Positions 1 through 12,478 of a stretch of DNA of 64,000 nt are shown piece after piece. Position numbers and translations under genes: made by a program. This DNA is from Eledone cirrhosa. Lineage: Eukaryota. The first letter of the stretch is position 1; the number at the start of each line of letters is the position of its first letter. Location: positions 18,662,001-18,726,000 of the forward strand of contig OZ024742.1 of assembly GCA_964016885.1 (NCBI GenBank), read 5' to 3'. The notes under the pieces were generated by a model. It was not told the DNA's origin and did no database searches. It was given only the letters and a program-made list of their open reading frames with translations.

Positions 1-40
1 TTTCAATACAACACACGTAAAACGGGTGCCTATAATAGTT

Positions 41-150
41 CCCGGACTGGAGTTTCGGCCGAACTAATGCAGCAGTAAGGTGCACTGCACCATCAGTCTG
101 CATATATTATGCAACAATGCACAATCGGCTTATGCGGCTTCATCAGCGGG
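41..150 (-). ncRNA. Type I hammerhead ribozyme motif with ~85-nt stem II
   Basis: Minus strand: CCCG-CTGATGA-A GCCG...CGGC C-GAAA-CT CC AG-TC-CGGG; stem I CCCG/CGGG, GUC cleavage triplet; abuts a (TA)n tract. Confidence 0.75.
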
Positions 151-152
151 TA

Positions 153-187
<35 letters not shown>

Positions 188-197
188 AAAGAAGGAC

Positions 198-657
<460 letters not shown>

Positions 658-777
658 CTAGGTATAGAATTACTCAAGTCTATAGTGGGCGAATTTTAAT
701 ATTTATTACCATTTTCCGATCCCTTTCAACCAGCAAAAGTTGGAAACTTCGTCATTGAAAAAAAATCACCAGGAAAC

Positions 778-826
778 CCCCGATGATTTCTATTGAATGA
801 AACAGTTCTAGTCCCGTAGATGCCTA
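778..826 (+). ncRNA. Degenerate hammerhead, family A (core CCGATGA)
   Basis: CCGATGA-TTTC TATT GAAT-GAAA-CAGTTCTAGTCCCG-TA; homologous to intact copies at 36008 and 51763. Confidence 0.55.
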
Positions 827-847
827 GAAGCCATTTCTAAATTAAAC

Positions 848-961
<114 letters not shown>

Positions 962-1199
962 GTATATCCTAAACGGACGGTAGTCCGTTTAGTAATATTG
1001 TTGTGGTCGTGTTTTCGTTGGCAATCGTCTGTTTAAGACAGTACAGCGCGGCTCTACTTTATTTAACTGAGATAAAACTTATATGAGCATGAACAGTAGA
1101 TCATTACGCATCTTTTGACTTAAAAATCTAGAAATTTGGTCCAGCGGGAAAAAGTTTATAATCAAAGTTTGCTGATAAATCTTGTGTTCAAGTGAGTGA

Positions 1200-1424
1200 G
1201 TAGTAAGCGTGACGCTAAGGGAGGTAGTCCAGAAATGACGACGTTTGGAAAAGTTTAATTACTGCATGAAAGAAATGATTCAAAAATTGAACTTGCCCAA
1301 TCTTCACAACATTGAAAATTGGTCAAAATTTGACAAATCTGACTTCAAACCAGATATGATTCATTTGAACTATGTTGGAAATCTTAAATTGACACAAATT
1401 TTTGCCAATGTTTTTGCCACCTGA
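1200..1424 (+). pseudogene. SGNH/GDSL esterase-like C-terminal fragment with one in-frame TGA
   Basis: Manual translation VVSVTLREVVQK*RRLEKFNYCMKEMIQKLNLPNLHNIENWSKFDKSDFKPDMIHLNYVGNLKLTQIFANVFAT*; DxxHLNxxG motif resembles SGNH block V; not in the ORF track. Confidence 0.5.
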
Positions 1425-1597
1425 TTCATGTTCTATGGCTGACTGACTAATTTTGTGACTTAATAAAATGTCATCATACTAGTAATGCACAATGGTCATT
1501 TTTAAATTTAAATTTTATTAAATAGTTGTTGCTTGCATTGCCTTAAAATAGTAACAAGAATGTACACATACTTTTTTAAAAAATACATCATTATCAG

Positions 1598-1948
1598 TCA
1601 AATGTCACTAAAAGCCAGGTGGTCGATAACAACTTCTATAAGATTAGTTACATACTCACACATTGGATCACCTCTCATCAATGGCATTGGGTGTTTGAGA
1701 TAATCGTGGAGATAACTGATGAAGTCACAAATGAAGTGATGGACTTCCAGTGTGAACAACTCCCTATATCCATTGATGGCTTCCGATTCATAGGTGCATT
1801 TTATGAGGAATTCCATGCATCCGATTTTCAGTGATTCAATGGGCATTTTATCAGAGATGATAAGGTATTTGACCACGTTTTGCTTTGTAAGTAAATTGGA
1901 GAGAATCACTGCAGTCAAAGTCATTTCTTTGCATGGGTTTTTGTCCAT
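1598..1948 (-). CDS. Hypothetical 116-aa ORF of unknown function
   Basis: ATG-initiated, non-repetitive composition; bracketed by ~27-bp direct repeat ATAGTTGTTGCTTGCATTGCCTTAAAA (~1522 and ~2187); no recognisable domain. Confidence 0.25.
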   Translation of the reverse strand: MDKNPCKEMTLTAVILSNLLTKQNVVKYLIISDKMPIESLKIGCMEFLIKCTYESEAINGYRELFTLEVHHFICDFISYLHDYLKHPMPLMRGDPMCEYVTNLIEVVIDHLAFSDI

Positions 1949-2226
1949 TCTAAAAAGTTAAAATGATAAAGTATTACTACTATATAACTTACATCTATTG
2001 TTGTAACACCATTGAAATGCACAAGTTTCACTAATTCACTATTATGCACTAATCATCTGAAATGCATTCATGATTTACTAGCTTTGTCATTAAACCAGTT
2101 GCCTCAACTAGATTGCAATTATACTCAAAAGAACTTTAAAATGTCAATCACTTGTCAGTAATTCACTATGATCATTTAATTATTAGATAGTTGTTGCTTG
2201 CATTGCCTTAAAAAATAGTAGACCAG

Positions 2227-3275
2227 ATAGAAAAATGCGTACAGCAAAAAAAGTAATATTGTTGGAATATAAACCTTTAAAAATACAGGACAAGAAACTA
2301 AAATAAAACTTTAAAAGAATAGGACAAGAAACTAAGATAAAACTTTAAAAGAATAGGACAAGAAACTAAGATAAAACTTTAAAGAATTGGACAAGAAATA
2401 AAAGATTTTACAATAATATTAGTGGCAACATTTTTTTATTCGTTTCCTGTGCTATGCCCCAGTATCTTCTTGATTAGTGCATAATAATTGTCATGCTCTC
2501 ATTGTGCGTTGCCCCTGAGCGGTTGGTTCTGGTTGGGGTTGGTTGGCTGAGCAGTTCTGCTCCGTCAGAATGACCATTGCAAGAAGAATTGGCCGATGCA
2601 GCTGCAGGTCTCCTCCAAGAATGCACTTCTGGTCCCGCAACACCAGACGAAGATGGAGAAGACGACCGGGACAAGATGTTGACTCTGACCACCAACTACG
2701 GCACCTCCCTCAACCACCGGTCCTCCCTCCCTCTGTCCCGTCATCCCTCCAGTCCTCCTGCTCCCCCTTCCTGTACCAGAAAGCTGTGGCACGCATTCAT
2801 CTGGACTGCCGGACTTGAACTCAAGGACAAGATGCAAGGAGAAGATGGACGGGTTGGTCAAGATCAAGGATGAGCGGGACGACAAGACCGTCCGCTGCTG
2901 CTCAAGATCTGTGCTCATGGGCCCATGGGTCCATTCACATTATGCATGACACATGAGGCGTGTCGCCGAATGATGAAATAGGGGTATGGTTATGGCCCAA
3001 TTGGTGTTCAAACCGGGATCAAATGATCCCCCGGTCTGACGACGACCTCTGAATGTGGAACCCAGAGCCTATGAATGTGGAACTCGATTTTTTACCAATA
3101 AAAATTTTGCCACTAATATTATTGTAACATTTTTTATTTCTTGTCCAATTCTTTAAAGTTTTATCTTAGTTTCTTGTCCAATTCTTTTAAAGTTTTATTT
3201 TAGTTTCTTGTCCTGTATTTTTAAAGGTTTATATTCCAACAATATTACTTTTTTTTGCTGTACGCATTTTTCTAT
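2227..3275. repeat. Inverted repeat (arms 2227-2428 and 3107-3275) built partly from ~34-bp tandem units, enclosing a GC-rich ~680-bp core
   Basis: Arms are reverse complements; unit GGACAAGAAACTAAGATAAAACTTTAAAAGAATA occurs about 4x on the left and 3x on the right. Confidence 0.85.
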
Positions 3276-3283
3276 ATGGTATA

Positions 3284-3325
<42 letters not shown>

Positions 3326-3417
3326 ACAGGAGGCTCGACTGGTGTAAATCCTTGAAAGGTTTATTATACTATGATCATTTCAATGATCGGGTTCCAGTGG
3401 TGAACCAACAAACCTAA

Positions 3418-3472
<55 letters not shown>

Positions 3473-3743
3473 TATATATAAATTTGTTAAAATACAACAA
3501 GTTATCACAGAAAAGATAACGAAAGAAATACATGCTGTGATTATAGATATTTCATGGAGAGACAGTTTTATTGTAAAGATCAAATATGTAATTATCGATT
3601 TCTTTTTGTGCATAAAATATCGATTGGAAATTAAATTCTATTCAATGATTATAAACTTTTAGCAAATGTCAGAGAATGTTGGAAATGATTGCACTTACAG
3701 TTGGTGTATGGAATGTCAAATAGCTGTGGAAGTGGTTTCTAAG

Positions 3744-3775
<32 letters not shown>

Positions 3776-4280
3776 CTTCTTCTTCTTCTTCTTCTTCTTC
3801 TTCCCATTAAAATGTTATAATGTATTTACAGTTCTCCATCTATATAATTTCTATTGTGATACATCAAACTTAATTTTGCTGACAGTTTTCATTAACCAGA
3901 AAATATAATTTAGTGATAAAATTTGTCTTAGCATTAGAATTTAAAATACATGATTTCCCTAGCTTTAGGAATGGTGTATCTGAATATTATGGTATTTTCA
4001 TTACCAGCATCACTATCACTCAAGACCTTTAATAACTTTGCCTGCCTTCACATTCGGTAATATTGTAATCACTTGTTTCACCATTACCTCCACCAACCCT
4101 TTCCAGGTCAGTTAGTTTACTATTCTTCAAGTCAAAAAGAGCTATCAAGCCCCATCTATCCACCCTACCCAACTTATACAACCGTTAGTAGCCCCAGCAC
4201 CAGCACCACCACCACCAACTCATCTACCATCGTCGCCATCTGGCGCTCTACCTATTCTGCAATCCACCGCCCTTAAATAA

Positions 4281-4545
4281 TTGTTTCTACTTTTGGCACA
4301 AGGCCAGCAATTGTCCCAGTGCATTACTGGTACTTTATTTTATCGACCCCGCAACGTTAACCTCGACTCAGAATGGCAAGGGCCGTAACTCTATGTGTCA
4401 AAGCATGGTGTCCGACCCTCTACCGATAGGACACCATGCGTTGACTCATAGTTTCTGATTTAGGCACAAGTCAGACAATTTTGGAGGCGAGAAAGTCGAT
4501 TAAATCGACCCCAGTGTATTCCTGGTATTTTATTTTATCGACCGC
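4281..4545 (-). mobile_element. tRNA-derived SINE fragments (Meta/MESC-like central domain)
   Basis: GGCACAAGGCCAGCAATT...CTGGTACTTTATTTTATCGACCCC; the same family recurs at ~4905-5050, 22150-22330, 24490-24665, 45385-45930 and 50735-51095. Confidence 0.7.
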
Positions 4546-4724
4546 TAACCCACCTAACATCGTCACCATCATCGCCAATAATTTATCGCTACACTCCCAC
4601 TCCAACCATTCACCCAGTAATTTGCTTGCTTGTTTCCTACCATAACCACCACTATAAACCACTTTATACTGCTGCATCAATAACATGGTATTTGTGTGTG
4701 TGGACGCACCCACCGTAAGTGCAT

Positions 4725-5050
4725 GTATGCATGGTCCCGAAACTCATGGGAAAATTATAGGGGCGCCGTATTGACGTATGCCGTTTTCAGGGTATTTTCC
4801 TTTAAACCTGGCGGAGCCAGTCTCTCTCCAGGTTTATATACAACATATTTCTTCCAGAGAAGTGTGAGAGAATGAAAAAGAGAAAGAGATCTAGAGAAGG
4901 AATCAAACTCAGTACTAGACTGGTAATGTTTTATCGACCGTGAATGGATGAAAGGCAAAGTTGACTTCGGAGGGATTTAAACTCAGCGAGCAGAAAGACA
5001 AAACGAATACCGCAAGGCATTCTATCCAACGATCTACCGCCTCACCGTCG
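4725..5050. mobile_element. Interspersed repeat plus SINE
   Basis: 4725-4880 has a reverse-complement homologue at ~52110-52250; followed by SINE GGATGAAAGGCAAAGTTGACTTCGGAGGGATTTAAACTCAG. Confidence 0.55.
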
Positions 5051-6464
5051 ATAAGTGACCCTATTTAAATAACTAATTTTCTCTTTATTTTTAATTTTTG
5101 ATTTTCTTTTTTTGTTTTTAATTCTATTTTCTTTTTATTTCTTATTCTATTTTATTTTTATTTTTGATTGTATTTTCGATATAGACTTCCTTGTGTTTCT
5201 AACCCGCCCCTCTTAAAATGATACATTCCTATATAAGTCACGAGTCATTTACTATGATTGCTAGTTTGAATCAGAGCTCTTAATCATGAAACTATTGTCG
5301 TTCGAGATACGGTTATAACTTCACACCTATAATCAAATAAATGTATATCTATTTCGTCAGTCCTTATCTAACAAATAGCTTGTTTCTCCATTTTTTTCTG
5401 CGTTATTCGTATAGAGTGAGTTCCTTAGATTATATTGAAATTACAGCGTTTCTTCTAAATCAAAGAGAGAGAGACGGGTTTAATGAAAAAAAAAACGATA
5501 GGCATATATTTTTATAGAGAAAGTGAGAAAAACAGAGAGAGTAAGAGAGAAATGGAAAACAGTAATTTTATGGAAAGAGAAAGAAAGAAAAAAGCAAGGA
5601 AAATGTAGGAATTCAGTATGGAGTAGTAAATAGTCAATTTTTATGTTGTATTCAAGCTTTGCTCTTCGATTTGAAGATCAAAAATTTATGTTTTATCTAA
5701 TTTCATGTTTGACAAAATATACTTGTCGGAGGTAAGATTATATGCAATTATTTTGAGCTTATAGATTTATAAAAAAAATCTATAACATGTAAGAAGTATT
5801 TTTCGCACAAATCTAAAACTGTGATTTAGTATAAAAAGAATTGAGAGCGGTAAATATTCATGCCTGCCTCAAAAACAAAAGAAAGAAAAAAAAAACGAAA
5901 CGAAGGGAAATAATTATGAATGGAAATTGAAGCTGGCTCACGAATTCGGTTTTTGTAAAAGTTCCATAGTTAATGGTTAAACACGGTTTAACAACCAATC
6001 ACAAATGTTATCTTTAAAATAATATAATATTTTTATTATTTGAAATAAAATCGTTTACTATTGGTACTGATTGCATTAATTAGGAATTGGAGATATGAAG
6101 AGGTTGGAAAACTGTTTAAATTAGCCATTCACTTATAAAACAGAATGAATTTTAATTAGAAGTTTGTTGAATTGCTAGCAATTAAGTTAAGCGTTAAGAA
6201 AAGGTAATTGTAGAAACGTTTCTATTTAGTGTCCAATATCTGGAAACTAAAATAGTTTATTTCATACAAAACCATGAACGGTATTCTAATTGGGAGAATG
6301 TAAGCAAATCTAAGATACAAAAATATGGGGGTCAGTTAATGGTTTCTGATTTAGGGTCAAGGCCAGCAATATTTTATTTTGGTAGGGAAAGGGTAAATCA
6401 ATTAAATCGACTGGAGTGATGATTTCAAATTTAGGCCCATGTCCAACAAATTCGGGGTAAGAGA

Positions 6465-6512
<48 letters not shown>

Positions 6513-6528
6513 TAAAATAACAGATTAA

Positions 6529-6579
6529 AGTTTAAGCAAAGAATCGCTGCTTTCACCCTTAACGGGATCTTCTGAAACT
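6529..6579 (-). ncRNA. Hammerhead-fold motif with CAGAAGA core, family B
   Basis: AGTTT-CAGAAGA-T CCC GTTAA GGG T-GAAA-GCA..TGC-TT-AAACT. Confidence 0.6.
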
Positions 6580-6626
6580 AACAAAGTCAATCTGTGAACG
6601 CAGAAGTGAATATTTAAAAAAAAAGG

Positions 6627-8651
6627 TTGCGTTGGCGTGCCTTTTATTTCGATAATCATCGAAAAGCAGACAACAAACAGGATAAATTTGGGTTTAAAAC
6701 CTATAATAACCCTCCGTGTAACCTAGCATTGCTACCCTTCGAAAATGATGTCTTGGAACTCATACGGAGTATCAAATTTTGGAATAGGAGCAATTCCTTC
6801 CAGCAGAACCTGAAGAATAGAATTCGTTCTATTAAGGATTCTAATGCCGTGTACGTCCATTCCGACAAAACTGGCAACCTATATCGAGTGGAGCGCAGTA
6901 CTTACCATCAACTACTACATAATGCTGTAACTAAGGATTACCGTAAAACTAATCGGTGCGTCATTAATGAAATCAACGATGCTGGGTTTAAAATCACCTC
7001 TGATCTCAACATCCTGGACCGGACCGAACCTCTGGACCCTATTTCTCTCCACTTTACCCTGAAGGATCACAAATCCAATTTTCCGAACAACCCCTCTATT
7101 CGGCTTATTAACCATACGAAGTCCGATTTAGGTAGACTTAGTAAAAGGATTCTTGATAGAATTATACCTGAAATTAGAAGTTTGGCCCCTCTTGCACTGT
7201 GGAACAATTCTTTCGCGGTGATTGATTGGTTCAATGGCATATGCAACAAGGAACATTGCCGTTTTATCCAATTCGACATCAATAATTACTACTCGCCCAT
7301 CACTTTACCACTTCCCCTTAGAGCTATCAATTTCGCTAAAACACTCACAGCGGTTAAGGATTTCGAAGTTGATGTCATCCTCAATTCCCGTAAGTCGGTG
7401 ATTAATTTCGACGACTCTATTTGGATTAAAAAATCTAATAGTACCCCATTCGACGTGAGTATGGGCGCCAGCGATTCTGCGGAGATTACTGATCTTATCG
7501 GCCTTTTCCTTCTTTACTCTATCAAGGACGAATTCCCCAACGTGGGCGGTGGTTTGTACCGTGATGATGGTCTTTTGACCATGACTAAGTGCGGCCCACG
7601 TGCTTGCGACAGGTTCAGAAAAGAACTCACAGCCTTCTTTAAAGGCTTCAACCTCTCTATATAGGTTGAGGCCAACCTCTCGGTCCTTAATTACCTCGAC
7701 GTTACCCTCAATTTATCGAATGGCTTGTATTACCCGTATAGAAAGCCGAATGATACGCTTAATTACATAAGTAAACATTCTAACCATCCTGCCAGCATAA
7801 CCAAGAACCTGGTAAGAAACGTTTCTTTGAGGCTTTCCCGTCTATCTACTAACGAGCATATTTTCAACGACCATTCCACTTATTACAATGAAGCTCTTGC
7901 TCGGAGTGGATTTGTCGATAAGGTAGCATATACAGAGTACGAGAATAGACCTAGAAGAAATAGATCCCGACGCATTATATGGTATAACCCACCATAAAAT
8001 ATGGAGGTGGCCACACCATTAGCTAAGATCTTTCTCTCCCTTATTACGAAGCATTTTCCCTCTACACATAAACATAGTAAAATTTTTAATAGAAATACTA
8101 TTAAAATTTCTTACTCTACGACTTCTAACCTTGCACATAACATCACAGCTTCAAATTTAGCTAAAGTACCTAGCCGTAGGAACACGTCCAACCCTGTAGT
8201 TAGTACTAACTCTAATTGTAAGAATCGAGTTGACTGCTCTCTATCCGGGAAATGCTTCTCCAGTAACATTGTCTACAAATGTAAGGACGAAACACCCACG
8301 TCCCGTAGGGCCTACATAGGGTTAACCGCCAATATATTCAAGCAGCGTCTTTACATGCACACCCATTCTTTTCGTTACCTTCTAAGAAGGAATATGACGT
8401 CACTTTCAGCTTATATCTGGAGTCTAAAAGACAACCACACCCAATGTAAGTTACACTGGGAGATCCTAGCTAGGGCTAGATCGTCTAACGGAAATAAAAG
8501 ACCATGTGACCTCTGCGCCGCTGAGGCCCTGGAAATACTCTACGCCACAGACCACATCTTAAACAAAAAATCTAAGGCAATTTCGGCTTGTAAACATAAA
8601 TTGCACAAAACTTTCCTGTATTACAGCCCCACATTATACCCTAACGGATAG
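6627..8651 (+). pseudogene. PLE reverse transcriptase + GIY-YIG endonuclease (Naiad-type), one frame with two premature stops
   Basis: ORFs 6627-7664, 7725-7997 and 8001-8651 are co-frame; motifs SDKT, TLKDHK..RLIN, FDI..YY, MG..D.AE, GLYRDDG, Cys-rich linker, IVY..YIG, CxxC..CxH; stops are TAG (7662) and TAA (7995). Confidence 0.9.
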
Positions 8652-9577
8652 TACGATCTATACGCGGACATTTTACGTCTTGATGTGGTAGCTAAGTATA
8701 TGTTATGTTTATACCATTACTTATTTGTATAGGTAAGTATATATTACCTGTATGTTTTGTGAAGGTACGTATACTTTCTCGTACGTATATTTGATTGTAT
8801 ATGTTATGGCGTATATTTTATATATTCTAGTACATATGCTTTTGGTTATGTGTATACGTGAGTTTTGCGTCTGTGTGATTATTCGGGTTCGTACGTATGT
8901 AGGGTGTGTGTATATGTGTACTTCGTGTTTTGGTTGACGTACGTCTCCGAACATATGTGTATTTACATGTAGGTATGTGTGTGCGCTTGTTATATACGTA
9001 TTTATTTATTTATATACGTTTATTTAATTATTTGTATACACGCGCACACACACACACATATTTATATGTGCGTGTATTTGTATACCTATGGCGAGTTTTT
9101 CGCGTATGCTTGTGTATGTACGTATATGGATGCGTGTATGTATTTATTTAATTTCAATTACCTCTGTATTTTATTTACTTTATTCTTAACTCTGAAGCCG
9201 AGAGTCATTCGGTTTCCTAGTTAGAATTTTAGTCTGCGACTTCAGTTATACCATTTACGTGGTTTTGTCTTTGCGTGCAATTGTTCTCCACGCTCCACAT
9301 ATGACGTATTATCTTCGTTTTTTCCGTTCATTGCCAGAGAACGTCTCTATGAACCACCTAATAGAATTTTAGTCTACGACTTCTTTTATACCATAAACGT
9401 GGTTTTGTCTTTGCGTGTAATTGTTTTTCACCGCTCTAAATAATGACGTATTATATTCGTTTTTCCCCGTTCTTTGCCAGGGAATGTTTCCACGAACCAA
9501 AGTATCGTCTTCCTGTCTTCCTCCGGTTGCAACGTTTTTTGAAATATTCACTTCTGCGTTCACAGATTGACTTTGTT

Positions 9578-9628
9578 AGTTTCAGAAGATCCTGTTAAGG
9601 GTGAAAGCAGCGATTCTTTTCTTAAACT
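9578..9628 (+). ncRNA. Hammerhead-fold motif with CAGAAGA core, family B, in the 3' pLTR of the Naiad element
   Basis: Same fold as 38542-38592; one stem III mismatch in this copy. Confidence 0.55.
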
Positions 9629-9800
9629 TTAATCTGTTATTTTAATAAATATTTGCTCTACGGTTCTTATATATTATATATATATATTTATCCTTATCGA
9701 GCCCTCTTTTGATTTTAGTCTTCAAATTTATTATTATTACTATATATATATATATATCAATGATTTTAATAAATGGAAACTATATTTATAAAACCATATT

Positions 9801-9861
9801 TATTCTATTATATATATTTCAAGGGTACCAAAACTTTGGTACGCACTCATCAGATAAAATA
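9801..9861 (-). ncRNA. Type I hammerhead ribozyme, family C
   Basis: TATTTTAT-CTGATGA-GTGCGTACCAAAGTTTTGGTACCCTT-GAAA-TATATA-TA-ATAGAATA. Confidence 0.8.
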
Positions 9862-9958
9862 CAAAGTTTGTTTTATAAATATTGATATATCCAAGAAGGA
9901 GATCTTAACGGTTAAGATCTCCTTCTTGGATATATCAATATTTATAAAACAAACTTTG

Positions 9959-10019
9959 TATTTTATCTGATGAGAGCGTACCAAAGTTTTGGTACCCTTG
10001 AAATATATATAATAGAATA
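9959..10019 (+). ncRNA. Type I hammerhead ribozyme, family C
   Basis: TATTTTAT-CTGATGA-GAG C GTACCAAA GT TTTGGTAC C CTT-GAAA-TATATA-TA-ATAGAATA; palindromic stem III. Confidence 0.85.
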
Positions 10020-10152
10020 AATATGGTTTTATAAATATAGTTTCCATTTATTAATATCATTGATATTATACTCCAGAAATCTGTCGAGTGCTTCGAATCA
10101 GCTATAAATATATATATTTGTTGAACTACCAACAAATTAAATATCCCTTTTG

Positions 10153-10229
<77 letters not shown>

Positions 10230-10307
10230 AGAAGCACGGCTAGACATGATATTTTCCATAAATACATATCACAATTTACAGATGTTTCTAAAGACACAAA
10301 CACACAC

Positions 10308-10364
<57 letters not shown>

Positions 10365-10367
<3 letters not shown>

Positions 10368-11218
10368 AAAAGAGTCAGGATCCCGACGGCAGAGCTCAAG
10401 CCGTTTCGACGGGGTCCTGACTATTTTCCTATTACTCACTATGTAACTCTACATCGGATTATAACACCAATTCCGGGAGTCCAGGTCTGGTTATCATTTA
10501 TTTTTTATCATTTATTTTGTTTTGACCTGTTTAGCTTGATTTGGTTTTTGGCTTGGGTGGTTAATGCCTTCTTGACCACCCTTTCAGTTTTGTATGGCTT
10601 CTTAACACATTGTTTAGCTCTGGTTTTTAACTATTGAGCACTTTGCCAGTATCATTTCTGATTTTTGCATTTCGCTTCGCTTTCCCTGCCCGCCGAAATG
10701 CGATTCTCGCTGAATCTTTATTTGTATTAATCTCCCGTGTCTTACAATTAACTTGTTAATAATTAACTTATTAATAATTAACTTATTAATAATTAACTTG
10801 TTAATAATTTCTATTGACAGGTTATTGTATAAGTTTATTTTAAAACCACTGGGTTGAGAACTTATTCGATTTGTGCTATTTATGCTATTTTTTGCATGAT
10901 TTACACCTACTGAATTACTTTGCCAAAATCTGGGGTTATTCTCCTTGTGATTTCCACACGTGGTTTAACTTATTTGGTACAGAGCGAAATATCTGTTGAT
11001 AACGTGATATTCCTTGTTCGATCATTATACCCAAAGCTTATATTTTTAAGCAGACTGTATTTTGATTTAGGTGTCACAGAAACTCTACATCGGATTTTAA
11101 CAGCAATTCCGGGAGTCCAGGTCTGGTTATTTTTTATCATTTATTTTGTTTTGACCTGTTTAGCTTGATTTGTTTTTTGGCTTGGGTGGTTAATGCCGAA
11201 ATGCGATTCTCGCTGAAT

Positions 11219-11222
<4 letters not shown>
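10365..11222. mobile_element. Non-coding PLE-like element with partial direct repeat (10445-10720 vs 11081-11222)
   Basis: Second copy lacks ~125 bp between GCC microhomologies; 5' hairpin carries half-hammerhead GAAACGGC..GCCGTC, shared with 24004, 33247-33360 and 43860. Confidence 0.6.
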
Positions 11223-11297
<75 letters not shown>

Positions 11298-12478
11298 GTG
11301 TGTGTTTGTGTCTTTAGAAACATCTGTAAATTGCGATATGTATTTATGGAAAATATCATGTCTAAGCGTGCGCATACGTTTAAACATATGGATATTTATG
11401 AACGCAAAAATGACAGAAGTTTTTAACATAATACAATACATATGTCGTACTAGGTAAGGAATAATTGAACAATTCCAACTTGTAACAATTATATTTCTTT
11501 AGAGAGAAAACGATATTGATTTAAATTTACCATTTCCACGTGTATAAATGCATGAAAATGTTTTCTTGTCACATTTATATCTCCCCAGTTTCAATATGGA
11601 CCCTTTTATTAAAACATATGTTTGGGTTTATTATGAACATTTCATAAACTGCTACGTGCTGCTATCTTTGTTTTGTAAACAAGATGGATTCTCAAGTGAA
11701 ATTCACAATAGTGAAAGAAATGCTTTCTTGAAAATTATAGAATGTTCATTCATTGCAAGAGAAGAGAGGAATTTATACCAAGGTAGACCAATATATCTAC
11801 ACACTGAATACGTGGCTCGGTGTATGTATAGAATATAATGTTCTTTCTATATTCATCTCGCGATATCAATAGATGACGAAATTAAATCTATCCACATTTT
11901 TCACAATTGTAAAAGACTGCAGCTGAGTTAATTCCAGATCACGAAGTAGGTTCAATACTTTAATCACTTCTTCGTGACTCTACATTGGAAACTGAAGACA
12001 TACTATACAATATTTTTCAGTCTCAATTCAAGACTTGGATGGTAATGACGAAATTCTCAATGTAAAGCAATACAAATATTGATATAATCAGATTCACATT
12101 TGTTGATTGTGTTATATTATCTTCCTAGATTCATTGCTTATTAATTATTTATAATTAGGTGTAATATAATATTTGTGTTAATATTCGACACAACAATAAT
12201 CATTATGTGGTCCATAATTACTTGCCACAGGGCTGGCAATATCGGTGCTGATTTAATTATATATCATATGTCTGGTAATTTATGTTTTACGCACGACTTC
12301 CTACCGTGTCCGAATTTCACATGGGTTATTTAAATGTCTGTTTTTATTTGTATTTGTTTTTCCAGGAACACGTCGGATTGATTGTAATAACTTGTTATGA
12401 GATATCGTTCAATCGTTACTACAGGTTTGATTCAGCCATTGGATATCAGATAAATTACTAAACATTATCCATACAACT

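Larger units (their letters stand above)
6507..9742 (+). mobile_element. Penelope-like retroelement, Naiad-type, 5'-truncated with inverted partial pLTR
   Basis: Inverted pLTR 6507-6616 matches 9543-9654; RT-EN coding region; microsatellite-rich 3' UTR; ~140-bp tandem duplication 9222-9500; flanked by (TA)n. Confidence 0.9.
9755..10155. mobile_element. Palindromic solo-pLTR element: ~155-bp arms centred at 9910 plus a unique tail
   Basis: Near-perfect palindrome with centre AGATCTTAAC-G-GTTAAGATCT, which explains the mirror ORFs 9773+ and 10047-; flanked by (TA)n. Confidence 0.9.

Noticed and set aside
969-992. Helitron 3' hairpin
   Set aside because: No CTRR terminus at the expected distance on either strand
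2280-2400. CRISPR-like array from ~34-bp repeats (also 22675-23000)
   Set aside because: Head-to-tail minisatellites with no unique spacers, no cas genes, eukaryotic context
6627-8651. Selenocysteine recoding, as reported for some Naiad PLEs
   Set aside because: The in-frame stops are TAG and TAA at non-Cys positions, not TGA; ordinary inactivating mutations are more likely
9773-10047. Near-identical 65-aa ORFs on both strands
   Set aside because: A consequence of the DNA palindrome
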